The notes under the pieces were generated by a model that was not told the origin of the DNA, did no database searches, and saw only the letters and a program-made list of their open reading frames with translations. A stretch of 64,000 bases of DNA, taken from the NCBI GenBank assembly GCA_030704615.1, contig CM060734.1:38068001-38132000 (forward strand). Direction: 5' to 3'. This DNA is from Takakia lepidozioides. Lineage: Eukaryota; Plantae; Bryophyta. This document shows, piece after piece, positions 10,964-22,660 of the stretch (within the stretch, counting starts at the first letter, position 1; the number at the start of each line of letters is the position of its first letter). The position numbers and the translations under genes were made by a program.

Positions 10964-11802
10964 GGGGATTGAAAATGCATGAGCGGTGAGCATGAGCGGA
11001 GTATTCAGGACCTTGCCCGAACCTACACCGAACCAGAATTATAGAACCGAAAACGCAAGTCCCGACATCCCCGCGCATCGACTTCCCCATACATAATAGG
11101 GACAATTTGGGATTTTGTAAAAGCGCACGGAAATTGGGGTTTCAACGCCTAGAGCCGTGCCCCAAGTTTCGCCGTTATAGTCGGCACCGACTATAATACA
11201 GCAAGCCAATGTGGGGTAAAACGCCCCGTGCGAAGCTTGCGGGTGTTGTAGTCGCCAACGACTACAGAAAGCATACGAAATTAGGAGGGTAATCGTCGAT
11301 TAATTCAAATACAATGTGGCAAATAAAACTTGGTTACTGTTATAGACGGCACCGAGTAGGTGACACGCGTTGGGTGAACGAATTGAAGAAGCATATGAGG
11401 AACGTAGATGAGCGAAGGTACTGCATTGCAGGCTCAAAGTATAGTCGGTGCCGACTTCATGCACTTAAGTTAAATGAGGCAACTGAGTGGAGTCTTTGTT
11501 TAAAAGTCCATACAACGCATTGCCTACCCATGGCTCTTGGTTTTTGAGGAGATCAGAAAGCACTCAAAGAACAAGTTTGGGTTGCCTTGGCCATTGCACC
11601 ATCATGTCAAGATCATGGAAGCTGTTGAAGCATTGTAGAAGAGAATTTGTACTCCGCAATATTGAAATCCGGGCACATCGTTGGATGATACCAAACAGTT
11701 CAAGGTGGCATAGAAAAGCCTAGTGTCTACTCAGTGATAATTGGGGCCTCATTAAGTAGTAGATGTGATGACACCATGGTCGGCCACGATAGACAGTCGT
11801 CA

Positions 11803-14800
11803 CTATGATAACCAAGGACAAGGGTTGCGAATTAACATTGCCTTCACCTCATTTATGGAAAGATTAGGGTGGTTGATGTCCTCCGAGTCTTCCCGCATTT
11901 TCAATCGGCGCAACAAAATATAGTATATGTGCTTGCAATGGGTGTATGCGGATTTAGCCCTCTTCATTTTTCCAAAGTCAGGGCAAGTGCACTCCGGACT
12001 TCTAGAGATGCACACATTGTAGACCTCCCCTGCTTTGGCCGATCCCGGTGTGCAAAGTGTGTACACACGACCAATTCCAAGGCGGGGAACATCTTTGAAC
12101 GATTGTACAATTGCCTTCAAAGATTGTCCGAGCTCCATCTTTTTACGGGCTTGTGCACTCAATGACTTTCGTCGATATATTTTACCCCATCTCTTGGTTG
12201 CATATGTGTCCGGATCCAGGTGATTGCTATCATCCGCAACAGTGTCCCCCTCTCCCTCGGCAGCGCTCTTGTCGTCTGTAGGAACAAGTCGAAATCCAGC
12301 CACGATTAAGGCGTCGACCTCCTCCTGATTTAAATTTGTCCCCACCATCATAGGCCAAACGTCGGGAACATCTGGTCTATCGAGCACACATCGCCCCGCT
12401 TCACCACCGACGCAATACACGATATCAGATGGGCAGTGCCACATTTCCATCATCTCTGGTTTTACCAAAGCCGGAGGATGGTGGCGACCCACATATCTTG
12501 GAGCAGGAACACCCAAACTGTGGAGTGGCCGGATTTCTTCTTTGCATGTTTGTGCACTGTCAGACCGTACTGCCCAACACTTTATTCTTGAAGTGTCGAA
12601 CGTCCGGGCGATGTGCCAACAAGTAATGGACACGGCGGTCTCTAAAACTAGCTTTCTATTATGTAGTGGAAGGTCATCCTCCAATGTCTCTAGAGACATC
12701 TAAACAGTAGTTGTGGGCACTCTTAGTCCTCCGACACCTTCACGGCGCCTGGGTGTGGTGCGGAGGTTCGTGTCAGGCCTCCATGAATGAAGGGGTTCCT
12801 CGTCGTCTAATTTGCCCACAACAATCTTCCGCTTCATTGTCCGAGTGAGAAGGTCGCTCTCGAGCCCATGATTTCTACCATGGAGAGGAGTTCCCTCCAC
12901 AAAACTTCTTACCGCCTCTGCATCTTCAGAGGATCAGAGGACCGCGCTGCCGCCTGATCTAATAATTGTTGGCGGTCGAGACCAGAACCCTTTGCACCAC
13001 CCTTTAGATAATTATGGAAGGCCGATGATTGCAAAATAGCCCTTGTCATGTTGTCTTTGTTGGCTGTGTAGAGGTCCACTTTTAAGACACCACTCCTAGC
13101 CTGTCAGCTCGCATGCACGGACTCAGACATGTTCACGTTTGGCATTGCTCCGTCCTCTTCCAGATCCAATCCCTGCAAGTAAAATCTCCATCATGAGAAC
13201 TACATTTGCGTGGACAACGAAAAAGGCAACGTCTTAAGGTGAGGTCCATCGAAACGATATCGAGCCTTCAGTTATCGGCACCGAATATAGCCATCGAATG
13301 CTTCATGACACATAACCCAATCTTAAAGTCGGTGCAGACTGTAAGCTACCCACAATAGTGCCATGTCTTACGGTATAGTCGGTGCTGACTATATTAGAGG
13401 GAATGTTCTACTGAAGTGAGCTGCACAGATTGGACGCTATGTTATAGTCGGTGCAGACTATAATCCACAATAGTGGCATTCCAACCGAGGCCGGTGTTTG
13501 GAGGAATAATTTGCTACATGTTATGTTATAGTCGGTGCAAACTATAAGCTGTGGACAGTAGTGCCCTACACTACGCTATCTTCGGTGCACACTGTAGAAC
13601 AAGTGTTCTACTGCAGTGAGCCAAACCTCAGGGTGAAAGCATGGTAGGGTCGGCCCAAAATGGAAGTCATAGACATTTTATTTTTGCATTTTGTATATAT
13701 AGGACTCAATGAAGATGTTAAGTTGGAATTTTTTATGGGTTATGAAGCAAAATCTAGACCATTGTTGACGTTTCCAACATAATGAAATTTGAGTCAGACA
13801 AATCTGACAAGATTTGAAAGTCCATATAAGTCCATGAGTGCATGAAGCTTGTGCGGTCACAATGGGTGATATGCCCTTCATGGACTCATTGGGAAATGAA
13901 TCCGACGTCCATTGTAGATGGAAAATTTAACCACCTTCATTGATCTCCCTTGTTATATGAAAATCTGGTTCAATGGGACAAGTTTTAGACGTAATTAAAT
14001 ATTTATAAATTTCGTGAATTAGCACATCGATTTTGGACATGCAATCTTCATTATTTTTTATATCTCCTTTCACAATAAGATGGATTGAAAGCTTATGGAG
14101 AGAAACATGCCTACAAAATTTAGACTCGAACCCACCTATGAAGACTTGCAAATTTTCAATCTATGAATTGATGTCAATAAAGGGTGAGATTGATAAATAA
14201 ACTTAGGGAGGTAGCATGATATCATATGTATGTCATATGTATGTAGTCTTCAAGGTTTCACAAATAGATTTGTCTAAAAATACATTGTCCATGAAAGTAG
14301 AGTCGAGGACTCCCAGATTCTGCCAGTTTTGGGTGGACCCTATCCTGCATTGACCCCTCATGTGATCAGAGAAAATGCATTCACATTAAGGATCAATGTT
14401 AAAATCTAATGTCATAGTTGGTGCAGACTATAAGGTAAAACAGTGCCATTGCAACGCTATAGTCGGTGCAGACTACAGTGGAATAAGGTCTCCTCATATG
14501 TGATGTGCTTCATGTCACCGGAGCGACTATGAAGGCAAGGTTTTGCTCATGTGAGCAGATATACATCCGCTCACGGATTCTTTTTCAAGTAGAATAAACA
14601 AAGTTCTCGATGGAACCGTAATAATCGGTACAGACTATGAAAGTTTCACTTTTGCTCACGTGAGCATAACACGAAATAACTGGGCGTACGAAGATATTGC
14701 ATGCAATAATTGAATGCTTACATTGCGGACATATGCCCCAAGTTGATAGTAACGGTATGTCCACCACGACAGCCAGCTCTCCAACGCGGGAACATCTTCA

Positions 14801-16870
14801 TCTTGAGCGGCACCAGAAAACGACCACCAAGCTCGGATGGCCAGAAATGAAACCTCCGCTTCCGTCAGTATTTACTGTTCTCCACTTCGTACAAAGCTAT
14901 ACATGTGCATGTTGGAGGTTTTCGGAGATGTATTTTTTGGTCCACTTCTGGAGGCTCTGACCCCAGTGGAACCCACATGTTCTCTCACGATCGGGCATGG
15001 GTTCCCCGCCTCCATACACTTCGCAAACAGCAGCCCATTTCGCATTTGCATTGTCGGCAATGAATCCCCGAAATTGCGGTTGCCCCTTCCCTGCTCGCAG
15101 CATCTGTTCATTGATGGATTCCCACATGATCTTCTGTGATTCTGTATCCTCACATTTCATTTCACAAATTGCGATCGTCATGAGCTTCCGAAAATTCGGA
15201 TGGTACACGTGACAAGCCATTGTACTCCATCCGTGTATCCGCTTCACGTTGTCAAACATAATCCAGCTCCTTCCCAGCTCCCCCCCCCCCCCGGACGCAT
15301 CATGTCCACCAGATGGACTCCACAGCCCTTTCCAACAGTTGACATCTTGAATATGAAACATCTCTCATCCACACTCCCTTGCCCTGGGAAGCGGCTCCCA
15401 TGGAAATAGTCGCAACCGCTCCACTTTTTCATTGTTAGTAAATCTTCTACTTCACTCCCAAGCCCCATTTGTGCTTTTGTCTTCCTTGTCTCGTAACGAA
15501 CACCACATTTGCCCACGGCACCGACCTCCTCCATGAGCTCCTCGAACTGCTCATCATCGAGCTTCCATCTCTCGGTTGCACCTGGCGATAACACCTTCTC
15601 CATGGCAATGGACTGAGCGGCAGACATTTGGACCGATTTTGGCCTGGCAGACGGTGACCTATGGATTTCTTCAGCAAGTGCAGATTTGGCTTTGGCAGCA
15701 GCTTCCCGGCATGCTTCAGGTGCAGATGGATGCAATGAATGCCAACATGCACGGCTGCTCTGGTCATCGTTGGTGGTCCTATCACGTAGAACATTTTGGC
15801 ACGGCAGGTGTGCATGCATGTAGGTGGATGGTTGCAGTGAGAACATAGGAAGGTGTTCGGGGGCACCTGGCTTTGCGGTTTGAACTGACCATCGTAATGC
15901 CCCATCCAATGAATCTCATTGTGGCTGCCCTCCCTGAGGAAGAACGGGCATGTTCCTCGGACACATCTCAGCGCACCAACACAGTACACATACCTACAAT
16001 GACATTTGAAGTCAGTGCAAAATGAGCAGAAATTGCACTATGGAAGTCGGCCATGACTACAACTGCACAATGGACAGTGAGCAGGAACAAAATACCACCT
16101 CACCTGACTGCGCCGCCTTTTGTGCCAATTATAGGAAGCTTTAAGTTCGTTGTCTTCGTGGTGGCCCATGGATTACCGTCGTACTTGTGGTCCATGCCTT
16201 CGAGTTGACCTATTGGGGATGTGTTTGATGTCGGTGGAAGCTCATACACGACATCACCATCAATGATCCTTGGCAAGCACTTCACCTGCTTCACTTCTAC
16301 TTCTTCAGAGTTTATCTTCCCCAATTGGGATTTGGAATCAAGATGGAGAAGCTTAAGGATATCTAATATGGATGGGCCGGAGTGTCCATAAGTCTTGCCA
16401 ACAAACTCAGGGCGCGGCACCTTCTTGGGAGGTGAGGCAGATGCAGCCAAATTGGGTTCCACCCTTCCATTGCTGGATTTGAGAACGACACAATCCTCTG
16501 ACTCCCCACTAGACAGCTCAATGCTTTCCGTTTTTTGTTGTCGGGCATAAGGAACAGAAGCAACAGTTGTAGGTTCACGTGTCGTGGAATTCCTATCCAA
16601 AGTAGCAGGGACACCGAACACTCTATATCGCACTTCACCTGTAAAAGGCAAAACCCACGATTTGCGGTCGTTATCTCGAATTGGATCCAAAATGCGGTAT
16701 GTTGTGCCGGAACCAGCAGTGATCTCCTCCTCTTCAACAACCAAAGAGAATGGGTTGATACAAAATCTGCCCCGAATTACTTTGTCCTTTAAAAAGACAT
16801 GTTGTCCCTCCGCCATCACCTTGATGTCGTCCGTGCCAGGTGGGCAATTCACCAGCACAAAGGGATCCAT
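11803..16870 (-). pseudogene. Spliced MULE transposase (GCM-like Cys/His region, DDE/MULE core, SWIM finger), broken by stops and frameshifts
   Basis: Putative exons ~16870-16104, ~15992-14722 and 13172-11803 with GT/AG ends. Motifs: YCVGALRC..CPF..CSHC..CRAK..GIH; MFDNVKRIHGW; FIADNANAKWAAVCEVYG..CGFHWGQSL; SWIM CTCPDF..CKHIYY. Confidence 0.85.
13645..14342. mobile_element. AT-rich non-autonomous TIR element (hAT-like TAG..CTA ends) inside the MULE intron
   Basis: TAGGGTCGGCCCAAAA ... TTTTGGGTGGACCCTA imperfect TIR. No clean TSD. A related end occurs at 48481. Confidence 0.5.
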
Positions 16871-17704
16871 GATCGCCTACGTCACTACTTCGCCACAGTG
16901 CTATCGAACACGCGCAGGTGTGGTACAGTGGAAAAATGCACAGAGCGTGTGGACACGGACACCCCAGTCCTACAAGAAGCAGCAAGCATGCATGGAATCT
17001 ATGCAACGGACTAACGAACTATACTATCAACGGTCAGAAATTTATGAAAATCTATCATCCGTTTGTGTTTAATACTATTTTCCATCCGTCTCCATCCATT
17101 CACGATTGTGGTGGCAACGGTCGGCGCGGATTTCAAGTACACGAGCACACCCTATCGGCCACTTTCCCGCCACCATACAAATGTTTCTATCGCATTACCT
17201 TTGTTGAAGGAGAATAACGTTTACGAATAGAAACAGAATGTGAGGCATTACACTTAGAATGAAGACGTCTTCATTATCATATACCCTCACATCCTCCGCG
17301 ACGGGTTCTATTGAAACTGTGGTCGGCACCGACTTCTTCCAATTCAAAATAGAGATCGTACTAAGGCACCGGATTGGAATACCAAAAGAAATGCAGTGCT
17401 TCAAGTCATTGACGGCTTCAAGGAAACCCTAGGATATTCACTGCAAAGGTTGGACACTAAGGCAGTTTCACGGGTATGAGGTCGTCGTGCTCGGAGCGCA
17501 CATCTGCCTCCTCTTGTGAAAGTCGGCAACGATTACACTTAGATAAGAAATAAACCCACAATGTTGGTGGCTTATGGGGCCGCATTGGGTGATAATCGGC
17601 ACCGACTTCAGTGAAGCCACGTCTCCATGTGTGCATCCGCCAACGGGAGTCGGCACCGACTATCCCCTGCAATCATGAGAGCCATTGGATAATTGGGAAG
17701 TACT

Positions 17705-18011
17705 ATTAACCACTGGTTTATAACTTAGAAAAAACAGGTTAGCAGTATTACTGCCCATTTCCTAAGACATGCAACAGAGGTTGTCCGATGGTATGGTTTC
17801 AGAAACTATTACGAAGTAATCGTTTTAAGGATAGCTAAACCCTGAACATCATATGAATGTATCTCCACGGAGGCTGCTTAATCCTATTGATTAAGCTTAA
17901 CTTATAGTCTCTTTGACATGAGAGATCTTAGTCGTAAAGACTACAGTTATTCCATTCATGCAAACAATTGATAGTCAAGGCAAAACAAGAACTATCCTGA
18001 GTATGATGCAC
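17705..18011 (-). repeat. Truncated LTR of Gypsy family C
   Basis: Clear similarity to 41149-41450 (CCCATTTCCTAAGACATGCAACAGAGGTTGTCCGA..TTACGAAGTAATCGTTTTAAGGATAGCTAAACC). No PBS next to it. Confidence 0.85.
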
Positions 18012-19470
18012 TCCATCGATCTTGCAGATGGTGAAGTTCTCACGTCCCTCCCAACTCCCCAGTTGAAGAGGAACATCAAACGCCAACCTTGTCGCCAATT
18101 GCGGTTCTCCTTTGGCAGAACGCACCTCAATAGAGGCCCCCACGTCACTTGTCGGGAGTCCCAGCTTTTGTGCCGTTGCCGGTGTTATGAAGGAGTACGA
18201 CGCTCCTGTGTCCACCAACAACGACACGTTAGTTCCGGATATTATCCCATCCACGAACAATAACTGACTCCCTTTACGTAAGGCGTCAGTTTCCTGATAC
18301 AACTCACAAAAAAATTTGCCTACCTTGCAAGTCCTGGCGACCACCGCTTCCACCAAGCGACTGATGGTATCTTCCGACAGCTCTGTGGTCGCCCAAGTCA
18401 TGTTCAATTGTCGGGGCTTTGTGCACTTCTTAGCCATGTGCCCGGGCTCCCCGTAATTAAACACACTCCATCAAAGGTCGCCTTCTGTCCGCCATAGGCC
18501 GCTCCACCCGCTTTTCCTTTCGAAGCACCGGGTGCCGCCTTGACTTGTGAGGGCCCTCCCTTCGATTTCCACGTGCCAATGTCGCCGCGTGGCCTATCCC
18601 ACTTCTTTTCCGATCGGAAGGAGTCACCTTCCCGCCAGGTCTTCTTGTGGTTCAGCTCCGTACGGCCTTGACTTTCACCCTTAGGGACATCCGAGAAACA
18701 TTCAGCCCTCTCAATTGCCTCGTTCAAAGTCTTAGGTGGCTTCTCCTCCAACTTCCGCCTGGCCCATGGGGCCAGTTCCGCCACAAAGTTGAAGACCATT
18801 TCTGGTTCCGCCATGTCCGCGACTTCGAGCAACAGCACATTGAAAGCCTGGACATATCCCCGAATGTCATCTGTTTGCTTCAAATTCCTCATCTTGTCCC
18901 AGGCGAGCCAGGACGCGTTGAGGGGCACAAATTGCCTCTTCATCAATTCCTTGAACCCACTCTAGTTCAAGGTTTCCGGGCTTGGACCTTGGTCGTGAAG
19001 GCGTGCTGAGCATAGCCCCTCAAATAGGTGGGAGCCACTTCCACCCGATCCTCGTCACTCAACTTGGCCGCCCGGAAGTACTGCTCTAGCTCCAAGAGCC
19101 AGGTGTTGAGTGCATTCCGATTTCGGACGCCCTCGAAGGTGCCGGGTTCCTTAGGCTTCACCTTAAACTTTGCCTTAGTGGAAGTGGCATTAGCCGCCTT
19201 CAACACGTCTTTCAACGTCCCGCCAAATTGCACCAACAACCCTTCCCAAAATGCTGCCGGCATGGGAGACATCTGTTGGTCGGTCGGAGCTCTCAGGGAT
19301 TCCTCGGGCTCCGACTCCTCAGATTCCTCCCGCTCTTGAGCGGCCTCGTTTTCGGAAACATGCATCGCTTCCTCAAACGGCCGCCTCGGTGACACGTCGC
19401 CCCCATCGGGCTCACCAGGATCATCATCTTTTGGGCCGTTCCGCTTTGGCTTTGGCTTGCTCGACCCCAT
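18012..19470 (-). pseudogene. Chromovirus (Galadriel/Tcn1-like) gag plus protease fragment
   Basis: KVKPKEPGTFEGVRN..LEQYFRAA capsid motif, degenerate zinc knuckle, protease LLVDTGAS. Frameshifted, and truncated against the LTR fragment. Confidence 0.85.
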
Positions 19471-19511
19471 GATGAGGCCAATCCCAAGGACGATCACGTA
19501 CTGAACTCTAA

Positions 19512-19523
19512 GCTCTGATACCA
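19512..19523 (-). promoter_or_regulatory. Primer-binding site, tRNA-iMet
   Basis: TGGTATCAGAGC on the minus strand, 2 nt from the LTR end. Confidence 0.92.
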
Positions 19524-19525
19524 AG

Positions 19526-20246
19526 TGTCGCGCACCTCACTTCGGTAAGCTCCCCCCTCAAGTCATAGTTACTCGCTTGATGCGCGCGCCTAACTCCCAA
19601 CCTGGCCGCCGGGCCAACTTGGAGCTCCGGCTGCTCACCGGGGCATAACGGTCCCCCCTTTGATCTCCCAAAGAACCCTCCAACGGTTTGGAACCAGCGG
19701 AATTCCCTTTGGTAGTTGGCAGTCCGGAACAGCTCCCCACTCTTTGGTCGCTTTCCGGCTCGCTCGCTTACTCACTAGCTTTGGTCACCAACGGGCTTGC
19801 ACCGTTCTCGGGGTTACTACTCCCTATATATACTTCTGTAGCTGTCCACGGGGGTTTCACAAACAACCATGCCATTTTATGGCGAACCACCACGAACACC
19901 CTCGACTCCCGGTGATGAGTCGCGGTGTTGGCTTACCCACCACAGCCCCTATGGACCGTGATGAGTCCCAAGACTCCCCACGACTCCCACCACGAGGTCT
20001 CCGCCCCAGGGTGAGTCCTATGCCACCCCCACTAAGTCCCGCTAAGCTACCACCACCCCTTGTGGAACCACCCCCACCGCAACCCAGTGTGCGGGGCTTC
20101 ACCTAGTGAGCGCCTCCGCCTCCTTGAGTGCCTTGGGCACTCAAGGGTGCTTCAGCCCCCCATACCTATCGTTGCCACTGCCCCCACCACAGGGGCAGCC
20201 CCTCTTGTGTCCCGACCCCCTGCCCTCAAGGCAAAGGGCCGCGACA
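19526..20246 (-). repeat. 5' LTR (721 bp) of the chromovirus fragment
   Basis: TGTCGCG...CGCGACA perfect 7-bp inverted termini, adjacent to the PBS, with an internal TATATATA. Confidence 0.85.
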
Positions 20247-20859
20247 TTGTGGGTTTTGTTCCTTGGAATCATGGAGGTCTATACATGCTTCTACTATTTT
20301 GTGTTCGTACTCCTTTGGTGAGTATCAATACCTTCGCAGCTTCTTTAACCATGTCTGGTGCACAAAGGAGACCCAGTTAGGTCTACCCTTCTCACAAACA
20401 TCCTCCATCAATTCAGAAGACTGGAAACGAACAGGAAACTATGCGAGAAGACTTAAAACAACAAGAAAAACTCTCAGTGGAAGAAGAGGCGAGGACGAAC
20501 ACAGAAAGAAAAGAAGAAATAAATAATATGAGAAAGAGTACTTCGCAGTTGGAGGAACCGTTGCGTACTTACGGGAGCCCTTGTATTCGTGACGCTTGGG
20601 AGCTCAGGAGGACTCTTTGAATCTGCGGAAGGATGGCGGTCTGCTCGCAGTGGTCATGGCAGACCGAGGTGGGGTCAACAACGGGAAATGGAGATGGAGG
20701 GCACTGAAACAAAAATGCGCATGAAAAAGGCAGAGAGACGCATCGGAAGACCATACGACTCGTGTGAAGAAGAAGTTCAAACTAACATCAGACGGGCCAT
20801 GTAGAACGACGTGGCGCGTCATCATTGGCGCCGGTAGCGCCGTCATGCATTTAAGACGA

Positions 20860-22660
20860 ACAGCAGACCCATTCTCCAGCAGACTGTTCAGCGGACATGC
20901 AGAACATTGTGCATCATTGGGGCCGCATGCGCTGTCCACGCATTTAATAGGTCCGGCAGACCCACTGTCCAGCAGACTGCCAGGTGCCCACTTCCCATCA
21001 GATTGCTGCTGCAACCGGCTGCCGGGCAGCGTCGACCAGCAGACTTTGACGTGCTGGAAATGACGGCCCAACAAACCCACCTCAAACAGACTTGCCGCAC
21101 ACCAGACTTGGCGAACTGGTAGCCGAATAGACTGATATCCCAAGAGAGCGACTGTCATGCTTGCCGTTGTCGTCGCATTTAAGAGGGTCCACCACACTCC
21201 CACGTTCTGATGTGGATGGCCCAACAGACCCAGTACAAACAGACTTGTGGCAGTCGAATAGACTGAAGTGGCAGTCCAGCAGACGGTCTGAAGTCTAGCA
21301 GTGGCAGTCCAGCAGTCCCAAAAGAGCCTTTGTCCTGCGAAAGATGATTTAATTGGTGTAGGAGACTTGGACGTGATGCAAAGTCCGGCCGAACAGACCC
21401 ACTGTGAACAGACTGGCGGCACAAGAGACTGATAAAGTGGCGTCTGACAGACAGACACATATTGGAAGAGACAGATTTTCAAGTCACCGTCGAGAGAAGA
21501 AACTGAGCATAAAAGCGTCATATCCAATGCAGTGGTGGGCCACTAGAGCCAACGCGAACAGACTCGTAGCAGAACAGATTGATAAAGTGAATCTCTAATA
21601 TCGATACAGATCCAATGTCTCGCCCACGGATGGTTCAATAGACTCAGGAGAGAAGAAGCGAGAAGACTGACGGGAGAAGAGACTGAGGATAAACAAGAAA
21701 CTCGATTGTCCTCAACTGTCCTCATCGTGTCGATGGACATGATTCAGTCCTACGGGCCATGCACACTTGCGGAATGTCAGCACATGTCTCAGCGTGGTTC
21801 CGCAGGTGTAAATGGATGTTTGAGGACCGTATGACAAGATCTTGCAGTCTGCTGCCAACCCTTCTATCATGTAATCTGGATCCTTGACAAAGCATTGGAT
21901 CTTCGGGATTTCCATTATGCTAAACTTCTGCACACTCTTGCACGTCGTTTTACTTCGTCCCCTAAACAGTCCCATCGTCCGATATGAAATTTGCAATGTA
22001 TACACGCCCCATGTGCATATGCTTCCACGATTTCTGCCCTCGTGGGGTCCGTTGCAGTACGAAGGGGTATCATGAGGGACCAGAAGCAGATGACGATATG
22101 GAGGACAAATAAAGCAGTAGCGATTTTATGACATACAAGCATACCATAAAGCCTAACCTTCCCTAAAGCACAACAAGAAAGCCAAAATGGTGGAAGCATA
22201 TGCACGATGGTAGCTGTAGAGCCCGGCCTGCCAGTGCTGTCATGTTCAGGCACACCCTTCATCATCATCAACGTCGCTCGTGCACAAGAAGAAGACGGCG
22301 TGCGTGGAAACGCCCGCAACATCCGACAACAAATAGCCCTCAAAAGAGAGAGGTCGATTTTGGTGGCAGGGTTTAGATTTTCCCAGCCCTAAGGGCTCGA
22401 ATGGGTTTTGAAAGGACGGTCCAGATCCGGCGCTGTCGGCGGACTGGATGGCCACGGACTGGAGGGCAGACTGGAGGCCAGCGGACTGATAGCAGACTGG
22501 AGGGCAACGGACTGGGGGGGGGGCAGGGCTGCCGCGGGCACGGCTCGGCGACCGCGCGCAACGCCGGGCGAGGAGTCCTGTGGGGGGAGCCGGGCGTCCG
22601 TGCGCAGGGCCCACCGTCAGCTCGCGGCCATAACGACCCAATTATTGTAAAATGAGAGGT
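20860..22660. repeat. Degenerate CAGACT/GACTGG short-repeat regions (likely DNA-transposon subterminal repeats)
   Basis: Many (A)GCAGACT/GGACTGG units at ~20860-21470 and ~22440-22515. The latter resemble, in reverse complement, the CAGTCC(G/A)CTCGC units at ~25360-25470. CCCAATTATTnnAAAATGAGAGG is shared by ~22637 and ~25624. Confidence 0.45.

Larger units (their letters stand above)
10964..17667 (-). mobile_element. MULE (Mutator-like) DNA transposon inserted in a Gypsy integrase
   Basis: Termini GGGGATTG...CTATCCCC. The flanks CTCTTGTGA | TGCAATCATGA rejoin to match the uninterrupted paralog CTCTTGTGATGTACAATCATGA (~35305-35326). It encodes a MULE/SWIM transposase. Confidence 0.8.

Noticed and set aside
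20604-21527. 307-aa protein-coding gene
   Set aside because: The ORF is built from CAGACT-type short repeats and has no recognisable motif.
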